Below, one piece after another: positions 62,174 to 64,000 of a stretch of 64,000 nucleotides of DNA. The DNA is from Candidatus Sulfomarinibacteraceae bacterium. GTDB lineage: Bacteria > Acidobacteriota > Thermoanaerobaculia > Thermoanaerobaculales > Sulfomarinibacteraceae. A program made the translations under genes and the position numbers. The DNA lies in contig CAWCLO010000010.1 of assembly GCA_963796455.1 (NCBI GenBank), positions 640,001 through 704,000 on the forward strand, written 5' to 3'. Within the stretch, counting starts at the first letter, position 1, and every line of letters starts with the position of its first letter. Below the pieces are notes generated by a model. The model was not told the DNA's origin. It did no database searches and saw only the letters and a program-made list of their open reading frames with translations.

Positions 62174-62881
62174 ATGGTTAACGGATTGAGGGCAATCACC
62201 TTTGACGCGGGAAATACCCTCCTGTTCTGCGATCCGAGTCCGGCGGAGATCTATGCCACCCACCTCAGTCGATTGGGGCGGCAGGTCCTGGCGGAGGATG
62301 TGGGTCCGGTCTTTGCCGAGGTGTGGTCTCTGATGCAACAGCAGAAGCGTCCGGAGTTGGACCGTTATGGATCGGTGCCGGGAGGGGAGAAGGCATGGTG
62401 GGGGCAATTCGTTCGCCGGGTTCTGATCCGTCTCGACCATGACGCTCCCTGGGAGCCGCTGCTCGAAAACCTCTATGCGGCCTTTGCCGACGACGACGTG
62501 TGGAAGGTCTACCCGGATACGCGGCGCACCCTCGACCTGCTTGCCGAGCGAGGTCTGCGATTGGCGGTGATCTCCAACTGGGACCGGCGGCTCCCGGATA
62601 TCCTGCGATCCCTGAAGCTGACCGATTACTTCGAAGTCATCACCGTGTCGGCAATCGAGGGTGTGGAAAAACCGGCGCCCGACATTTTTTTGCGCTCGCT
62701 GAATAGGATGGATTTACCACCGGAGGAGGCCCTCCATATCGGCGACTCGCCCCTCGAGGACTACGAGGGAGCAACCGGAGCCGGTCTGCAAGCTCTCCTT
62801 ATTGACCGGAACGGACTTTTTGCGGGCTCCGAATACCATCGGGTCTCTGCTCTGTCGGAGATCCTCGATCTGATGGAGTGA
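62174..62881 (+). CDS. HAD-superfamily hydrolase (subfamily IA, REG-2-like)
   Basis: FDAGNTL, ISNWD, EKPAPDIF, HIGDS..DYEGA. Confidence 0.88.
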   Translation: MVNGLRAITFDAGNTLLFCDPSPAEIYATHLSRLGRQVLAEDVGPVFAEVWSLMQQQKRPELDRYGSVPGGEKAWWGQFVRRVLIRLDHDAPWEPLLENLYAAFADDDVWKVYPDTRRTLDLLAERGLRLAVISNWDRRLPDILRSLKLTDYFEVITVSAIEGVEKPAPDIFLRSLNRMDLPPEEALHIGDSPLEDYEGATGAGLQALLIDRNGLFAGSEYHRVSALSEILDLME

Positions 62882-63027
62882 CTCGATACTTCGGCATGAA
62901 GGATTACTCCGTCTACCGTTCTCCCGCACTCCTCTTTCCCCCTTTCTCGGAACCGGATCTGCCATACTTCTCTGATGGATATGACGAATTGAGATACCAA
63001 TCCTCGCCCGGCGGCAAAACAACTTTG

Positions 63028-64000
63028 ATGAAGCGGACCTCATGGTTTCTGTGCCTGATGCTGATTGGCCTGGCAGGCTCTGCCGGCGCCGGCTCGATCA
63101 ACGACCGCGTGCAAGGCCACGTTGAATCTGCGGTCAAGAATGGCGTGCAGCCGACCGATTTCCACCATCTTTTCTTCGCGCTGAACTGGCGCGCGACCTT
63201 TGACGATTGGCAAGTGGCCGAACGTGCTCTCGATCGACTGAGCGGTGCTTCGAAAACACATCCGTTGATGAAGGACGAACTGCGATTGATGCGCTCGCGG
63301 CTGGAGATGGACGGGGGTCGTGATGCGGCCGCCCGGGAGCTCTTCCGGACCATGGGTGGATTGACGAGGTGGTGGTTTCTCGGTCCGGAGCCCCTCGAGG
63401 AGTTGCAGGATTTTGATGGTGTGGGTCTGCCTGCCGCCGGGGATGCCGGTTGGCGCGAGGCGGCCGGCACCGATCCTCTCGGGTGGCTGCACATTTCCGG
63501 GCTCGCCTGGCCGCCACAACGGCAGATGGCCTATCTGGGCACGACCATTGTCAGTGATCGAGAACAGCCCGTAGCGATCAGGGTGGGCGTGGCACAGGTC
63601 GCCCGCATCTGGCTCAACGGATCGGAAATTGCGACGACTCCGAAACCCCTGGCCCGCGCCGAAGATCAGATGTCCAGCGGTGCGTGGTTGCGAGCGGGCC
63701 GCAACTCGGTGGTGATTGCGGTCGCGTCAGAAGATGATCGGTGGTGGCTGCGCGCACGCTTGACGCAGCCGGATGGTTCGCCGCTCACGGGTGTCCGCGA
63801 AGCCGGCGACGCCCCAATCGACAGGACGGCGGTCGATCGCGAAGCACCCCCGGTACAGGACCTCCGTTCCTTGATCCAGAGCGGAGTCGATGAGGGTGTC
63901 CCAGGAGCAACCGTTGCGCTGGCGGCCTACCTGGTTGCCCACCGTCCGGAACCGGTAGGCGGTGGTGGGACACGGTCCGCCTGCCGGGCCGCGCGTTCTG
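63028..64000 (+). CDS. Large secreted protein, N-terminal part (3' partial)
   Basis: MKRTSWFLCLMLIGLAGSAGA signal peptide; frame appears open to the window end, so it is absent from the ORF track; beta-sandwich-like segment (ARIWLNG...LRAGRNSVV). Confidence 0.65.
   Translation, partial: MKRTSWFLCLMLIGLAGSAGAGSINDRVQGHVESAVKNGVQPTDFHHLFFALNWRATFDDWQVAERALDRLSGASKTHPLMKDELRLMRSRLEMDGGRDAAARELFRTMGGLTRWWFLGPEPLEELQDFDGVGLPAAGDAGWREAAGTDPLGWLHISGLAWPPQRQMAYLGTTIVSDREQPVAIRVGVAQVARIWLNGSEIATTPKPLARAEDQMSSGAWLRAGRNSVVIAVASEDDRWWLRARLTQPDGSPLTGVREAGDAPIDRTAVDREAPPVQDLRSLIQSGVDEGVPGATVALAAYLVAHRPEPVGGGGTRSACRAARS

Overview
This GC-rich window comes from a diderm, LPS-producing bacterium. The gene content suggests Acidobacteriota, possibly Thermoanaerobaculia, but that is inference only. 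Most of it is housekeeping backbone: hslU end, dapF, pgpA, mpl, tsaD, lepB, pyrF, rpmE-prfA-prmC, waaA-lpxK-lpxL, arcC and arcA, purB, rlpA, rplU-rpmA-obgE-nadD-rsfS-rlmH, a DksA-like gene, holA and manC. It also holds an isocitrate-type dehydrogenase next to a citrate-lyase-like CitD-CitE fusion and CitF. A 16-kb phosphate cluster contains a phosphodiesterase, a porin, PstSCAB, PhoU, PhoBR, a second PhoU, a Na/Pi symporter and a PiT-type transporter, with a Pho-box-like array in front. A frameshift-rich accessory segment (24.4-30.8 kb) encodes a Ser/Thr kinase and two secreted proteins that share a 96-aa C-terminal module behind a sigma-54 promoter. The most unusual signal is non-coding. An 854-bp element at 2122-2975 has terminal inverted repeats, a flanking direct repeat and inverted CAGCGR/YCGCTG repeat arms, but encodes only a four-helix-bundle (Avd/IVP-like) protein and no transposase. 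Two gene-less relatives lie at about 52.4 kb and 59.2 kb. Many other gene junctions carry inverted arrays of 6-9-bp tandem repeats, each with its own unit. I saw no rRNA, tRNA, CRISPR array, transposase or reverse transcriptase. All calls are by eye, with no database searches.
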